64,000 bases of DNA, taken from the NCBI RefSeq assembly GCF_009914755.1, contig NC_060937.1, one strand, 5' to 3'. This document shows positions 27,001-40,220 of this stretch, in pieces. Position 1 is the first letter of the stretch, and every line of letters begins with the position of its first letter. Source of the stretch: the human T2T-CHM13v2.0 reference genome, Homo sapiens. The notes below the pieces were generated by a model. That model searched no databases. It was not told where the DNA came from and worked only from the letters and a program-made list of their open reading frames with translations. Made by a program: the position numbers and the translations under genes.

Positions 27001-28788
27001 GATATGACTGCTCAGCTGGATTTCAGACTTTCATGAGGCCAATTTCTTCCATTTGGAATGGCTGTATTTACCCAATGCCTGTATCCCTATCATATCTAGG
27101 AAGTAATTAAATTGCTTTTGATTTTACAGGCTCATAGGCGGAAGGGAGTTGCCTTGTCTTGGATGAGATTTTGGACTGTAGACTTTTGAGTTAATGCAGA
27201 AATAAGACTTTGGGGGACTGTTGGGGAGGTATTATTGGTTTTGAAATGTGAGGACGTGAGATTTGGGAGGGGCCAGGGGCAGAATGATATGGTTTGGTTG
27301 TGTTCCCACCCAAATCTCATTTTCAATTCTCATGTGTTCTGGGAGGGACTCTGTGGGAGGTAATTGAATCATAGGGGCAGTCCTTTTCCATGCTGTTCTC
27401 ATGATGGTGAATAAGTCTCATGAGATCTGATGGTTTTAAATAGGGAAGTCTCCCCACACAAGCTCTCTTCTCTTGTCTGCCACCATTTGACATGTGCCTT
27501 TAACCTTTCGCCATGATCGTGAGGCCTTCCAGCCACGTGGAACTATAAGTCCATTAAACCTCTTTTGTTTGTAAATTGCCCAGTTTCAGATATGTCTTTA
27601 TTGGCAGTGTGAAAATGGACTAATACATATGGGAAAGCCAAGGTTCCCAGGAAGAAGCCTGCAAGAGGGGTAGAATTCTCACAGAGAGACTCTACTAGGG
27701 AAGTGCCAAAGGGAAATGTAGGATTGGAGCTTCCACACAGAGTCCCAAATGTGGGCTAGTGGAGCTGAGGGAATGGAGTCACTCTCCTCCAGATTCCTGA
27801 ATGGCAGAGTCACTGGGAGCTTGCACCCTGAGCCTGGAAAATTCACAAGTACTCAACTCCAACCCATAAGAGCTACCACATAGGCTGTGCCCAGGGAAGC
27901 TACAGGGGGAGGTTTACCCAAGGTTTTGGGAGCCCACTCCTTGCACCAGTGTGCCCAGGATGCATGACATGGAGTCAAAGATTATTTTTTAGCTTTAAGA
28001 TTTAATATATTTTAATGACTTTTTTAGCTTTAAGATTTAATGTCTTTCCTGGTTGGTTTTGGACATGCGTGGGGCCTTTGGACATGCGTGGGGTCATGTG
28101 TTGCCATTTTGGCCAATTTCTCTCTTTTAAAAGAGGAGTGTTTACCCACTTCCCGTACCATCATTGTATCTTGGAAGTAAATAACTTGGTTTTGATTTTA
28201 CAGGCTCAAAGATAAAAGGAAGGTGCCTTGAGTCTCCGATGGGACTTTGGAATTTTGAGTTAATGCTAGAATGGAATGAGTTAAAACTTTGACAAACTAT
28301 TGGGAAGAAATGATTGTATTTTGCAATGTGGGAAGCTCAGGAGATTTGAGAGATCAGGGATAAAATAGTATAGTTTGGATATTTGTCCCTTCCAAATCTC
28401 ATATTGGAATGTAATCCCCAATGTTGGAGGTAGGACCTGGTAGGGATTGTTTGAGCATGGGGGATCCCTCATGAATAGTTTTGTGTCTTCCCCTCTGTTA
28501 TGAGTATGTCCTTGCTCTGTTAGTTCATGTGAGAGGTAGTTGTTTAAAAGAGCCTAGCACCTCCTCTCTCTCTCTCTTTCTCCCTCTCCCTCTCTCACTA
28601 TGTAATACAGTGGCTACCCCTTTATGTCTCATCATGAGTGTAAGTTTCCTGAGGCTTCACTGGAAGCTGAGCAGATGCTGATGCTGTGCCTGTACAGCCT
28701 GCAGAACCATATGCCAAATAACACACTTTTCTTTATAAACTACCCAGCCTCAGGTATTCCTTTATAGCAATGCAAATGGGTGAACCCA
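24002..28788 (+). mobile_element. MSTB-type MaLR provirus: LTRs 24002-24424 and 28366-28788; internal 24425-25393 and 27628-28365
   Basis: Two LTRs sharing tttgtccc(c/t)tccaaatctca...gcagatgctg...gcctgc; internal starts gaaaattggtacc; purine-rich tract before the 3' LTR; TSD gtgaa / gtgac. Confidence 0.9.
25394..27627 (+). mobile_element. Complete THE1 (THE1B-like) provirus nested in MSTB-int: LTRs 25394-25731 and 27285-27627
   Basis: Both LTRs run tgatatggtttgg...ctaata(g/c)a; ~1.55 kb internal region starting gtaaattgg; PPT gggaggggccaggggcagaa; TSD tatga / tatgg. Confidence 0.93.
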
Positions 28789-30883
28789 GTGACATTTGGC
28801 CATTACTCAGAATAGTGCTATCTGATGAAAAGATGGTGAAACAGATGGACAAAGTGGGAAGAAACAAATTGGAATTCTCAGCTACTTAGAGAATACACTT
28901 AGGAAGCTTAATAGTTTTGGTGTGATTCTTCAGACTATACTTTCAGCTGAAGCAGAAGCTGGCCACTTTGCTTTTCCCTTCAATCCAACAAGGTAGAGAT
29001 TTTAACTTCTTGGCGCACACATACTAGATAATTAGACCACTTGAGACTGTCACAGGTGAAATGGAATGGAAGCTTCTATCAATGTCATCCTTAGGTTACC
29101 CTTTTCTCTGCGTTTTGTGAACTGAAGCCAATAATTTTCTAAAAGAGATGCCAGTAGAGCTATTACTTTCTCAATAACCTATTCGATCTCTGGAATCAGT
29201 TTTCAACATGTTACCTGCCTTAAGTGTGATCATTAAGTATTTCTTATAGTGATCAATTTATTTGGAAGATACTATATTGGAGTTTAGAAAGAGCTGAGGG
29301 CATTTTAAGAGGTGACATTTGATTACCTATACAAATTTTCACCTACTGACATAATAGCATATTTATAATAAATGGAAGCTATAAAATGTTAACATGAGTA
29401 ATTATTTTGGCAATATCGTTTGTTAAATGTTATAGTCTATTCAGATAGTCATTAATAATAACCCAGGGTTGTGATATTCTCAATACTTATAGAATCTGCC
29501 TGGACTCTCTATTGAGTAGAAATTTATGGTATTTAACTACTGTATTCCAAAAAGAGCATTTGTAATAATAAGAACTGAAAATCTTTTGTTTCCTGGTTGT
29601 GTCAGCTCCTGAGCTGTGACATCTCCTTGGAGGGATGTTTGCATTAACTTTAGTCAAACCTGTGTTTGAAGATTTACTTATTCAGGACATAATGCTTCTG
29701 GCAATGATGACACACAGGGTTTCTAGGAGCTTAATATGATTTTTTAAATGTTCCATCCTACTCTTAGTATGAAGTATTTACTAGATAGCTCATCTCTCCT
29801 TGTCAAACCTGATACAAGCCCTATCCGATAGAGAACATCTGCATAATGATGATCTCAATAGACATCAAAAAATAGAAATATCTTTCTTATTAGTTTTTTC
29901 CTGGTAATATCTGCTCTTTATGATTTAAACTCAACTAGTTTCTTCTAATTATTATGTTCTATTGAGCTAAATATATACACATACCACTTTTCTCTCTCTT
30001 GCTCTCTCTCTGTGTGTTTGTGTGTGGGTGTGTGTATGTGGCAGGGTGTGTTTTGCTATATTTTGTTTTCATGGCATTTTGTTTGCTGAACATTTAATAC
30101 AATTCAGGTCAACATGACCTGTTTATTTTCTGTAATTTTGAGCTTGGTAGAGTCTATACTTACTTAAGGGAACTCAATCTATTAAAAGCTATTGAGGGAT
30201 TTTAATTTACCAAGAGAAGACTTATTAGATGACTTTAACTAACTAGGCTCTCAGCTAGCATAAATGACATCAATTCAAGCCATGCTTAATTCACCCGGTC
30301 AGTATTTCACTCAAGGCATAGTTGGGTTCTATAGGATTTTTTAGGAGGAGACTGTTACATTTTAATTTTTTTAAAAAATAAACATCTTTACATTAGACAT
30401 CATTATTTAAAAAATTACAATGCATTTCCAAAGAACATCATCATTCAGAAATTATTATCAAAATCATATGTCTGTGTCATATAGGTAACCTGGCATAAAA
30501 GTGGCAGCACTGCAGTTCTTACTGTGTGTATGTATGTGGAGTGAACACAAGCAAGAAATATGCACTCTAAGTGATGTGGCCAAATGCAGAATTAAGAAAT
30601 ATTACCCTGTAAGCTTGTCAGTAGTGTGCAGGATGCAGTCTCATTTTTCTAATTTATACTGCTGCTTCCATTGGAATTGACGATATATATTTGAGAGAAT
30701 AGTACATAAAACAGTATGCCCTTTCTCTTTACAGTGGCACTTTTAACTCTGGCTTTTTAGGTGGCATTAGTCATGAAAAGTCCAAGATCTGAGCAATGCC
30801 AGGACAATGGTGCAAATGGTCAAAATGTGAAGAACTGTGAAGAATCAGATTTTAACTTACTTGTAAGCAAACAGTTTCTTGGA

Positions 30884-31257
30884 TGTTGGCAGAAGACCTG
30901 AGTCTTCTTGGACAGGAGTTTGTATTACTCATAGTAATAGCAGTACCCAGGGTAACAGTGTTTTTTGTGCCAGATCCTTGAACCCCAGTTTCCACAAGGA
31001 GATGTAAAGAGAGCCAGGTGATACCTGCATATGATGTGTATTATATTACACAAGAGAAACCCTGACTTTAGGAAACCCAAATATCTTTTAATGGTCATTA
31101 AGCATGGCTGCCATTTTCTGTGAAGAGGGATATTCTTTCTATTATTCAAGGATGTTTGCTATACAAACATCCTTGAAGAATGTCTAAGAACAGGGCAGTC
31201 AGTGCCTCTACTTTTAACACAGAAATGCAAGATATCTATGGAGAATACTTTCAAAGA
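30884..31257 (-). mobile_element. MER74/MER73/MER54-family ERVL solo LTR
   Basis: tgttggcagaagacctgag...tattactca...ttaggaaaccc...tgtttgctatacaaacatccttgaa...gtcagtgcctct...atggagaat matches the reversed family consensus as I recall it. Confidence 0.7.
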
Positions 31258-31429
31258 TAAGAGCCAGAGTCCTTATCAAGAAGAGTATCTACTTCTTACC
31301 TAGCTTAATTTTATAGTTCCAATATCTTGTCTCAGAAAAAATACCTTTTGCTGTAAACATCTGATAAAAGAAGTCACTGTCATGTCTCTATTTTTAGCTT
31401 ACCCCTTAACCCATTTTTGTCTGGCTTAT

Positions 31430-32695
31430 ATGTAACCACTCCCTGGAACTGATTCTACAGACATTAGATATTTCTTATTTTAGGGTGGACATATTTAGTC
31501 CTCATTTTTCTTGGTAGCTCAACAGCAATTGATAATACAAATTACTTCTCTTTTTTGGAAACAGTTTTTTCTTGGTTTCTCTAAAACTACTTCCCATTGC
31601 CTCTGTGGTTATCTCTTGTCTTGAAAACATTCATGTTCTTTAGTCGTCTTTCTCTTTTGCTTTACACACTCTCCCTATGTGATATCACATACTTGATAAG
31701 TGCTGATTGCTCTCAAATTTATATCTCGAGCCTAGACTCTTTTTTGAACTCCAGACCCACATAACTGCTTGATTTTTGGATATCTTTATTTAGAAGTCTT
31801 GTAGGCATCCTCATTCAACAACTTTAAAATACAGCCTATCTGTCTTGGACCGCTAAACCTACATCTCCTCTTGTGTTACTTTCTCATTAATTGATCTCAC
31901 CATTCTTCCAGTTTCCAATTCCTATGGGTAACAACATTGACTCTCCTCCCCCTTTATATTCTGTGTGCATATTTTCCCATGCTCTGCTGATTTGGCCATC
32001 TAGTTGCCTCTCCAAAGACTTCTAGTTTTCTTGCTATAACTACTCAAGCTCAAGCCACCCGCATTTACTGACACTAAATAGATATGTTAAGACTCTTCAC
32101 ACCAGATCTCTTTCATTCCAGGGTCAGCTTCTTCAAATTTATTACCTGCTTGGACCGCCAATCTGCTCTTGTAATTCACCTGATTAGAATACTTCCTTTA
32201 GTCCAGTAGTCCTTGAGATAAAATTCACACACCATATCAAGGGGTAATTTTTAATCTGACCCCCGCTGATGTGTTGTGCCTCATTTCTGATCACTTTTTA
32301 ATGCTGCCTTCCTACATTCCCTCTCTATTCCTTAAAAATATCACTCTCTTTGTCCTAGCTTAGGGCTTTTGCATGTGCTTCTCCCTTTGCTAGAACCTAA
32401 CCCATCTGCCTGTTAAACCGGATATCCATTGCATAGGGAAGTCATTCTGGACTCACCCTCACCCACCTAGGTGTTGCCATGGTGCCCTTCACTTCCTCCC
32501 TCTGAGCACTTACCCTCATGAATAGCAGTGCTGATTTAATTTCTGACTATCTCTGCACTGTTAGCTCCATGAAAGTGGAGACTCTTTTTGACCTTGTATA
32601 TTGTATTCTCTAGGAACACATGCTGCTCTGGGCTGATCAAAGGCTCTCTGTAAATAGTTCTGAATAAATAAATGAATGAATGAATGAATGAATGA
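31430..32695 (+). mobile_element. L2 LINE, long fragment ending in (TGAA)n
   Basis: ctcaaatttatatctcgagcctagactctttttgaactccagaccc; agggcttttgcatgtgcttctccc; terminal aataaatgaatgaatgaatg. Confidence 0.8.
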
Positions 32696-33969
32696 TCTGG
32701 TTCTCTTCACAATGAATTATATCTTTATGTTGACAGACCCAGATATGTCTATTTCTAATATGTTAGAATAATGCTAGCATTTGTATAATAGGAACTATAT
32801 AAATATAATACAGGAGGGCATTGTCTCACAGGCGTTTATATGTGAGTACATGCATGTGTTTTACCCAGAGCTGAACAATATCAGTAATAGATTCTGACAT
32901 TCTGGCACATGGAAGACTCTCAATAAATGTTATAATTTTTAATGAATGAATGAAAATGAGAACTAGCTGTTGTTACTGTGAATTATGTCTGTTTCATGAC
33001 AGACCCAATTGTATGTTTTTTAACATAATGCAATAATGACAGCATCTCTATAATAGGAATTACACTCATAAGAATGGGAACCATTTTCTCACAGTGTTTT
33101 GTATGTATGTGCCCCTGCTTTCCCCAGAGGTGTACAATGCCCAGTAACAGAATTAGGAATGATATAAGTGACAAAATGGATACTACCCATTGTATTCAGT
33201 GTTGCAAACTGTAACCATTTCTTCTTGGAGGTTATTGGTGTATGCACTCAAGGGCAAGTCCTCTTTTTGGAATAAGGTTCTGCTAAGGTGCATTTAGGTG
33301 CATTCCTAAATAGAAGCCACAGTTTCCTCTTTGAATATTATTTCCTCAGTTCCTTGCAGAGAGGAGTGTAAGTCAGCACAGTTAGGAATCTTATTTTTTT
33401 GCTGCTGCTGCTTCGTTCTCTCTCTGATGACTCTTGCTCTTGCAGCCCTCTTCTGAGTAGAGGAGAGGAGATTGTGAGGCCTTGGTTGAAACTTATTAAT
33501 ATCTCTTTTACTTCCTCAGTGGTAGAGAGCAGCTATTTCTAGGTAGTACAATGGAGGAGAGGCAGTGGGGAGGCAGAACCTGTGGTGGGGGAATGAGGCA
33601 TGCCCCTGAGAGGCAGCTCTTGTGCTCATAGGAAATTGCCCTGTCCTAAAAGCAGTACTGATATAACAGGTAATCATTGCATCCATATGTGCTCTGGAGG
33701 AGAAGCCCTTTGAAATGAGACCAATTAAGTGAGCTTTTAGCCACTCTTGGTGATCAGAATACAGATGATCTCTTTGTCGTATTTTCTTGTTTATGTTGTA
33801 TATCTGAATGTTGTGTGTTAATATTTCTTGGGAAGAGTTCCTTGTTTTCAGAGGATTTGTTTGTTTCGTGCTGCTCCACAGCACATGCTGTGCTTCCCTT
33901 TCAGAGACAGTAGCAGTGTTTGTTATGTTTTATTATTTTTTTTGTTAATATGCTTGCTTCAAGCTCTCT

Positions 33970-33973
<4 letters not shown>

Positions 33974-34043
<70 letters not shown>
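33974..34043. repeat. (CT)n(AT)n compound microsatellite
   Basis: Directly visible. Confidence 0.95.
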
Positions 34044-34050
<7 letters not shown>

Positions 34051-34876
34051 AGTTGGTGGGCAATAATAGCATATATTTTAGCTTCTTAGCAATATGGCTG
34101 CACCTTGTCTAATGCTGCCTTTCAGTGCACAGGCTTATATAATGGTAAAAGAGAAATAAAGCCAAAAAACTCCTCATAATATTATGGGAGGAATATACCT
34201 CCATCTGTATCAACTCCTATTAAAAGGCAAACATGTCTTTTGATAATGTATGTACAGGAAAATCTATTGATTCTCTGAGGGAACTATCCACAATTAAGGT
34301 GTTCAGTATCATTAAACACATTTGTAGACATCACACAAATAAAAATACTTTCTTTCAATCCTAGAACGGTTCTTTCTCTGTTTATTATAAAAAAGTAAGC
34401 ATTTCATCAAAATTGTTCTCTATTCATTTTATTTTACTTTTTTTGGCATCTAAAGCTATCTTTTCCTTTGCTTAGAGCTAACTTTTTTATAACTTGAAAT
34501 TACTTGCTACTGTCCCTCTAGATTAGAGATTGTGTATTTTGGCTTTATAACTTGGATTAGATTAGTGCAAAGGGTTGATTTTGTCTTTCCATGCTTGAGC
34601 GTGTGATCACTTCCATAGATTTATTTATTTTTTGTGTGTGGGAGAAGATATTGATTTAAATTTTTATTTATTGTAGAGTACCGGGTGTAGTAAAATTTAT
34701 TAAGAAGTTTATTTCTCATTTTTTTTGCGTTTTATTGAACTTTACAATTTGTAAAGTGCTTTCCTCTAGAACTCTGGTTTATAATTATATGCAGCATGAT
34801 ATCCTCCAAAGTTGTAGAGAGTGGTCAGACAGCTGTTTCTAATGGTAAGTGAAGCAAAGGGTAAAGAAATGGCAAA

Positions 34877-35049
34877 CAAGGGGGAAGGAGAAATGGGGAG
34901 TTACTAATCAATGGGCATTATAAGTCAAGCAAGGTAATAAGCTTTGGGGATCTGCTGTACAACACTGTGCATGTAGTCAATAATAATGTACACAAACAAT
35001 TTGTTGAGAGAAAAATCTCATGTTAAGTGCTCTTACCACAATGAGAGAA
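34877..35049 (+). mobile_element. Short 5'-truncated L1MB 3' end
   Basis: gaaatggggagttactaatcaatggg...gatctgctgtacaaca...atctcatgttaagtgctcttaccacaat; TSD-like aagaaatggcaaa / aagaaacagcaaa. Confidence 0.75.
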
Positions 35050-35415
35050 AAGAAACAGCAAAAAGTAGTAATATTAATAATAATGATATGTATGTAATAT
35101 TCCCTGAGTTATATATATTATCTCAAACTTAAAATCACAGATTTTTTAACATTTTGCAGAAAAGACACAGAGGCTCAGTGAAGCTGAATAACTTGCATGA
35201 ATTCACAGAGCTAGTGAGTGGCATTTTGGGGAATGGTAAAGAGAATAACTAAAATATTACACTCCTCAGTGAAGCATGAGAGCTTGTCACAGATTAATAA
35301 TAGTCTAGTTTCTTCCTAAGAAGCAGAAATTACACAGTATTCGTTTTAGAAAAAAACCCAATACGTAATAGCAAAACTTTTAGTTGCTTAGTTAATAGTG
35401 ATAAATATGACTCCC

Positions 35416-35714
35416 TTTTTTTTTTTTTTTTTTTGAGACGGAGTCTCGGTCTGTCGCCCAGCCTGGAGTGCAGTGGCGCAATCTCGGCTCACTGCAAGCT
35501 CCGCCTCCCGGGTTCACGCCATTCTTCTGCCTCAGCCTCCTGAGCAGCTGGGACTACAGGCGCCCGCCGCCACGCCCGGCTAATTTTTTGTATTTTTAGT
35601 AGAGACGGGGTCTCACCGTGTTAGCCAGGATGGTCTCGATCTCCTGATCTCGTGATCCGCCTGCCTCAGCCTCCCAAAGTGCTGGGATTACAGGCGTGAG
35701 CCACCGCGCCCAAC
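35416..35714 (-). mobile_element. AluY
   Basis: gcaagctccgcctcccgggttcacgccatt and cgtgttagccaggatggtctcgatc; CpG-rich; 19-T tail. Confidence 0.95.
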
Positions 35715-36004
35715 TCCTCATACTTAGTACAGAATTTAGTAAAATACCTGTAAATAATAGTGACACGACTAAGGCATGAAGCAATCTTTTGGGGACAATC
35801 ATTCGGGTCTTATAGAAGTTCAAAATTTTAATGTGGCACATTGGCATTCCTATATAAAGCTCAAAGCATATTTCAGTATGCCTTAAGCTCTCAGATCTGA
35901 GTTCACACATTTAGCAATCACATGTGTGCTTTCAGCTGATACTACTACACTACTGTCTATTCATTCTTAGTTTATCCATCACCCTCATGCCTCCATTCAT
36001 CTTT

Positions 36005-36342
36005 TTTATTTTATTTTATTCATTTTTTTGAGACAGAATCTCACTCTGTCACCCAGACTGGAGTGCAATGCTGGGCTGGAGTGCAGTGGCATAATCTCGA
36101 TTCACTGCAACTCCGCTTGCCAGGTTCAAGCCATTCTCCTGCCTCAACCTCCCCATGTAGCTGGGATTACAGGTGTGTGGCACCACACCTGGCTAATTTT
36201 TGTATTTTTTTTTTTTTTTTTTAGTAGAGACGGGGTTTTACCATGTTGGCCAGGCTGGTCTTGAACTCCTGAACTTAAGTGATCCACTTGCCTTGGCCTC
36301 CCAAAGAGCTGGGAATACAGGTATGAGCCACCACACCTGGCC
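36005..36342 (-). mobile_element. AluSz/Sx-like element with a small internal duplication
   Basis: Alu body with ctggagtgca repeated at ~36058 and ~36076; TSD tccattcatcttt at 35992-36004 and 36343-36355. Confidence 0.9.
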
Positions 36343-36785
36343 TCCATTCATCTTTATTTTTCACCATTCATTCCATTTTAGTTTTTCTTTCATTTATTTC
36401 AGTAACAAAAGGCCTAGTTTCCAAGTCATTGCCTGATATCCCAGCACTAACATGTATCTCTTTCCTCCATGAATCATGGAATTCCTTTGACTCTGGGGAA
36501 GCACACATGCACACACACACACACACAAAGACCACTTAGATACCTTTTTAATTGCTGTTACAGTAGTGCTTGTCTTATGAATTAGAAGCGTCTTTACTAA
36601 CCAAATGAAGCTGTTGAGAATACCCTTACAAATTCTGGCTTTTTAAATAGCCGCAAAAAATACCAATTATATAAAGGAAGATTGTTATTACAATGGGAAA
36701 TAATATAGTAGCTCTTAGCATAACTTGGGAAGTCAATTTTGATAGTAATTAGAGTGACAATGTGTGTTTAAAAAATGATATGAGT

Positions 36786-37104
<319 letters not shown>

Positions 37105-37281
37105 TCAGTTGTTCAAATAGACTAATTTGGGGAAGATATTTTTATATAGCTGCAGAAAACAATTTTTAAAATCTAATTTTATCATATCTTACGTAGTATT
37201 TTAGTCACACATGCATGTATTTTATCTCCTTAAGTGGATCATAACCCATTTGAAGACAGAGATAATATCTCAGTGTTTACA

Positions 37282-37719
37282 CAGTTGACCCTTGAGCAAC
37301 CTGAGGTTAGGGACACAGACCTCTTGTGTAGTTGAAAATTCTTGTTTAACTGTTGACTCCCCCAAAACTTAACTATTAATAGCCTACAGTTGACCAGATG
37401 CCTTACTAGTAACAGGAATGGTCAATTTACACATATTTTTCTGTTATGTATATTTCATATTATATTATTACAATAATGTAAGCTGCAGAAAAGAAAATGT
37501 TATTAAATAATCAGGAAGATAAAATATATTTACTATTCATTAAGTGGAGGTGGATCATCATAAAGGTCTTCATTCTCATTGTCTTCACATTGAGTAGGCT
37601 GAGGGGCAGGAAGAAGGGGAGGAGTTGATCTTGCTGTCTCAGGGGTGGCAGAGGTGGAAGAAAATCTGTGTACAAGTGGACCTGGTTAGTTCAAACCCAT
37701 GTTGTTCAAGGGTCAACTG
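37282..37719. mobile_element. Tigger2a-type DNA transposon (TcMar-Tigger) inserted in an L2 3' end
   Basis: TIRs cagttgacccttgagcaac / gttgttcaagggtcaactg; 438 bp; TA on the right flank, CA (probably mutated TA) on the left. Confidence 0.9.
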
Positions 37720-37869
37720 TACAGGTCTTTCAAAGTTCTCCCAATAAATGTATACTGAATAAGTGAATTCATGAATCTAGCCAGAACACCTTCTCTAACT
37801 TCAAAACTGTTTTGATAGTAGTCCTAAATTAATCCTAAATAATTCTGCTTAAAAAGATTTCCCAAGTAT

Positions 37870-38100
37870 CTAACAGACACTAGGCATGTTATAAGATACA
37901 AATCAAGCAGGCTTTTCCATGATCTACTTTGATTGTCATAATAATACTATAACAAAAGCATTATTATTACCATTTTATATACTGGAATATTGAGGCTTAG
38001 GTAGGTTAAATAGTATTCACAGAGCCTACAGTTGAAAGGTGAAGAGCTGAAATATGTTCACAGGCATTCAATTCTAAAGTTTTGTTTTTTTCAGTTACAC
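37870..38100 (-). mobile_element. MIR SINE
   Basis: attattattaccattttatatactggaatattgaggcttaggtaggttaaata is the reversed MIR core. Confidence 0.65.
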
Positions 38101-38989
38101 TATAGTTGAGTGAAAAGAGGATACCATGAACAATCTGGAATGCTAAAGCCCATTAGAGCAATTGTTTTTGGTGTGTGTGTATACCTAATAAATGCTAATG
38201 ATAAATTCACTTTGGCAGGTCAACAAAATCTAATTTGGTAGAGTCAATCCAGTACTATTCGCATTTGCCGATTAACCAAGCTTTTGCTTTTTAGACAGCA
38301 AAGCCAAACCAGTGACTAGAAAGTTATTAGTCTAGAGTAGACCAGGACATGGCTGTCAACAGCCTCTACTTTGAACATAAAGGACAATTACTGTGAATTA
38401 ACAAAGTTTTAGAAAATCAATCCTCACTACTGAAACATCAACCATCACTTCACTAAGGAATAAACGTATTTCAAGCACATTTTTAAAATTCTGAGTAGGA
38501 AAACCAGATCTTATTTTTAACTTTATGCTTTAGGTATTCTTTCATTGTTAGGTATTCATTCATTCACTCATGGATTTATTCAGCGGATATTTATCATGCA
38601 CTTACAAAATATGCATTCAGTGTTACTCATTTCTTCAGAGGGTTGATGATGAGATAAAAAAGAAAGCAAATAAGGTACAGTAGTGAGGCAGATATCGTAA
38701 AAACTTGCTTCTCTAGAAAGGACGAAAATATTTTAATGAGGATTCAAACCTCTACAATATAGCTTGAGAAGACTGAGCAAGCATCAATATTTTTATGATT
38801 TTAATTTGTTGCATATGATATCATTCCTATTTGCCAAAAAACATGCACACATGTGACATACACATGTGTACACACACACTCCTATGCTTATAATATCAAA
38901 CTTTGATTCTGACTATTTCTATAGTCAACCTACTTTTCATCCCTTTCCCTCTCCTTCTTTTATCCTTCTGTTCTTTTTTCCTTTACCCA

Positions 38990-39270
38990 TGTATTACTAA
39001 TATTTATTGAGTGCTGCTATGTACTAGGCGCTATGGTAAGCACCGGGGCTATATGAAGACTTGTTATCAAGGAGTTCAAAATTTTCTTGGGGAGATTGAC
39101 AGGTGAACAAGTAATTACAGTCTAATGTAAGAAAAAAAATAGTTACATGAAAAAAATAAATAGTTTTTGATGGGAGAACAGGCGAGGGGACACATATTCT
39201 ACTTTAGGGAGATGGAAACCAGAGGAGTGATGCTTATGATGGATCTTGAAGCTCAGTGATAATTCTTTAG
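38990..39270 (-). mobile_element. L2 3' end
   Basis: aatatttattgagtgctgctatgtactaggcgctatggtaagcaccgggg...tcaaggagttcaaaatt. Confidence 0.7.
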
Positions 39271-39877
39271 GAAAGATGATAATATCAATCTGCATAACAA
39301 GAAATATGTGCCATTAGGAAACAAGTCTATCATTCAGAGGCTTGTTTTGTCATTATTATTAGTAATTGCAGTGATTCTTTGAAGAGAGGTTTGAAAATTA
39401 TATTCCTAGGTCAACTTATTCCCAGAAGCACGTCACAAATAAAGGGTGATAACAAGAAATGACACCTCATCCACTGTAGAAAATTTTTCACAGGTCAAAT
39501 TAAATGAGTTTTCCAATTTTTGTAGATAATAATATGCTTGTGGAAGCTGTTGAATAAAGAGACAACAGAGTGCTTTCACTGATGTGTGTTTATGAGAGAA
39601 CAAATGCATTAACTTAAATCTTACTCCAACAGCATAAAAACTTGAAGTCTAAGAAGTAACACCCAGATTTCAAAATAAAACAGGGAATTCTGAATCGAAA
39701 TATTTAAGAACCCTTGAAAACTGATGAAAAATGTACCAAAATTTTTTAAAAATTTGCCATCAATAACCTATTATCACAGGTTACTGTATTGTAAATTTTT
39801 ATAACTTCATGTATTCCTGATTCCTCAGTATCCCCACAAACAGGCTGTGAGCTCTCTGTCAGACAACTAGGTACATC

Positions 39878-40220
39878 TGTTGATAAGGTTGGTCCCTGCC
39901 ACAAATTCCTTATCTTGGCCTCCCCATGACCTAGCGTCATTCAAACACAAAAATAAAATCCCCTCCTGCTTTTTGCTTATACTTCATCCCAACACTCAAT
40001 AAGGGCACTTGCCCTCGGGTCCTCACTGACTCTCTAAGCTCTCCATCTGCTTCCTGCTTAGTTGATCCTGCTCCCTTGGAGCTCCTCCCATATAGCTGCT
40101 AGTGTGGTGTGCCTTGCCTCTCTCTCTAGGACTTGCAAATATAATAAATCTTTTAATTTCCTATGCCTCCCTGAGTATAATTTCTGCGGCTGGGTTGGAA
40201 TGATCCTTAAAATCCCCATA
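39878..40220 (+). mobile_element. Probable old ERVL-class solo LTR (family uncertain)
   Basis: LTR-like layout: C-rich R region, aataaa followed by tcttttaatttcctatgcc, terminus ccttaaaatccccata. No TSD recognised. Confidence 0.4.

Noticed and set aside
33290-33680. Possible muscle-type enhancer (cattcc, ctatttctag)
   Set aside because: The MEF2-like sites do not fit YTAWWWWTAR and motif density is not distinguishable from chance by eye.
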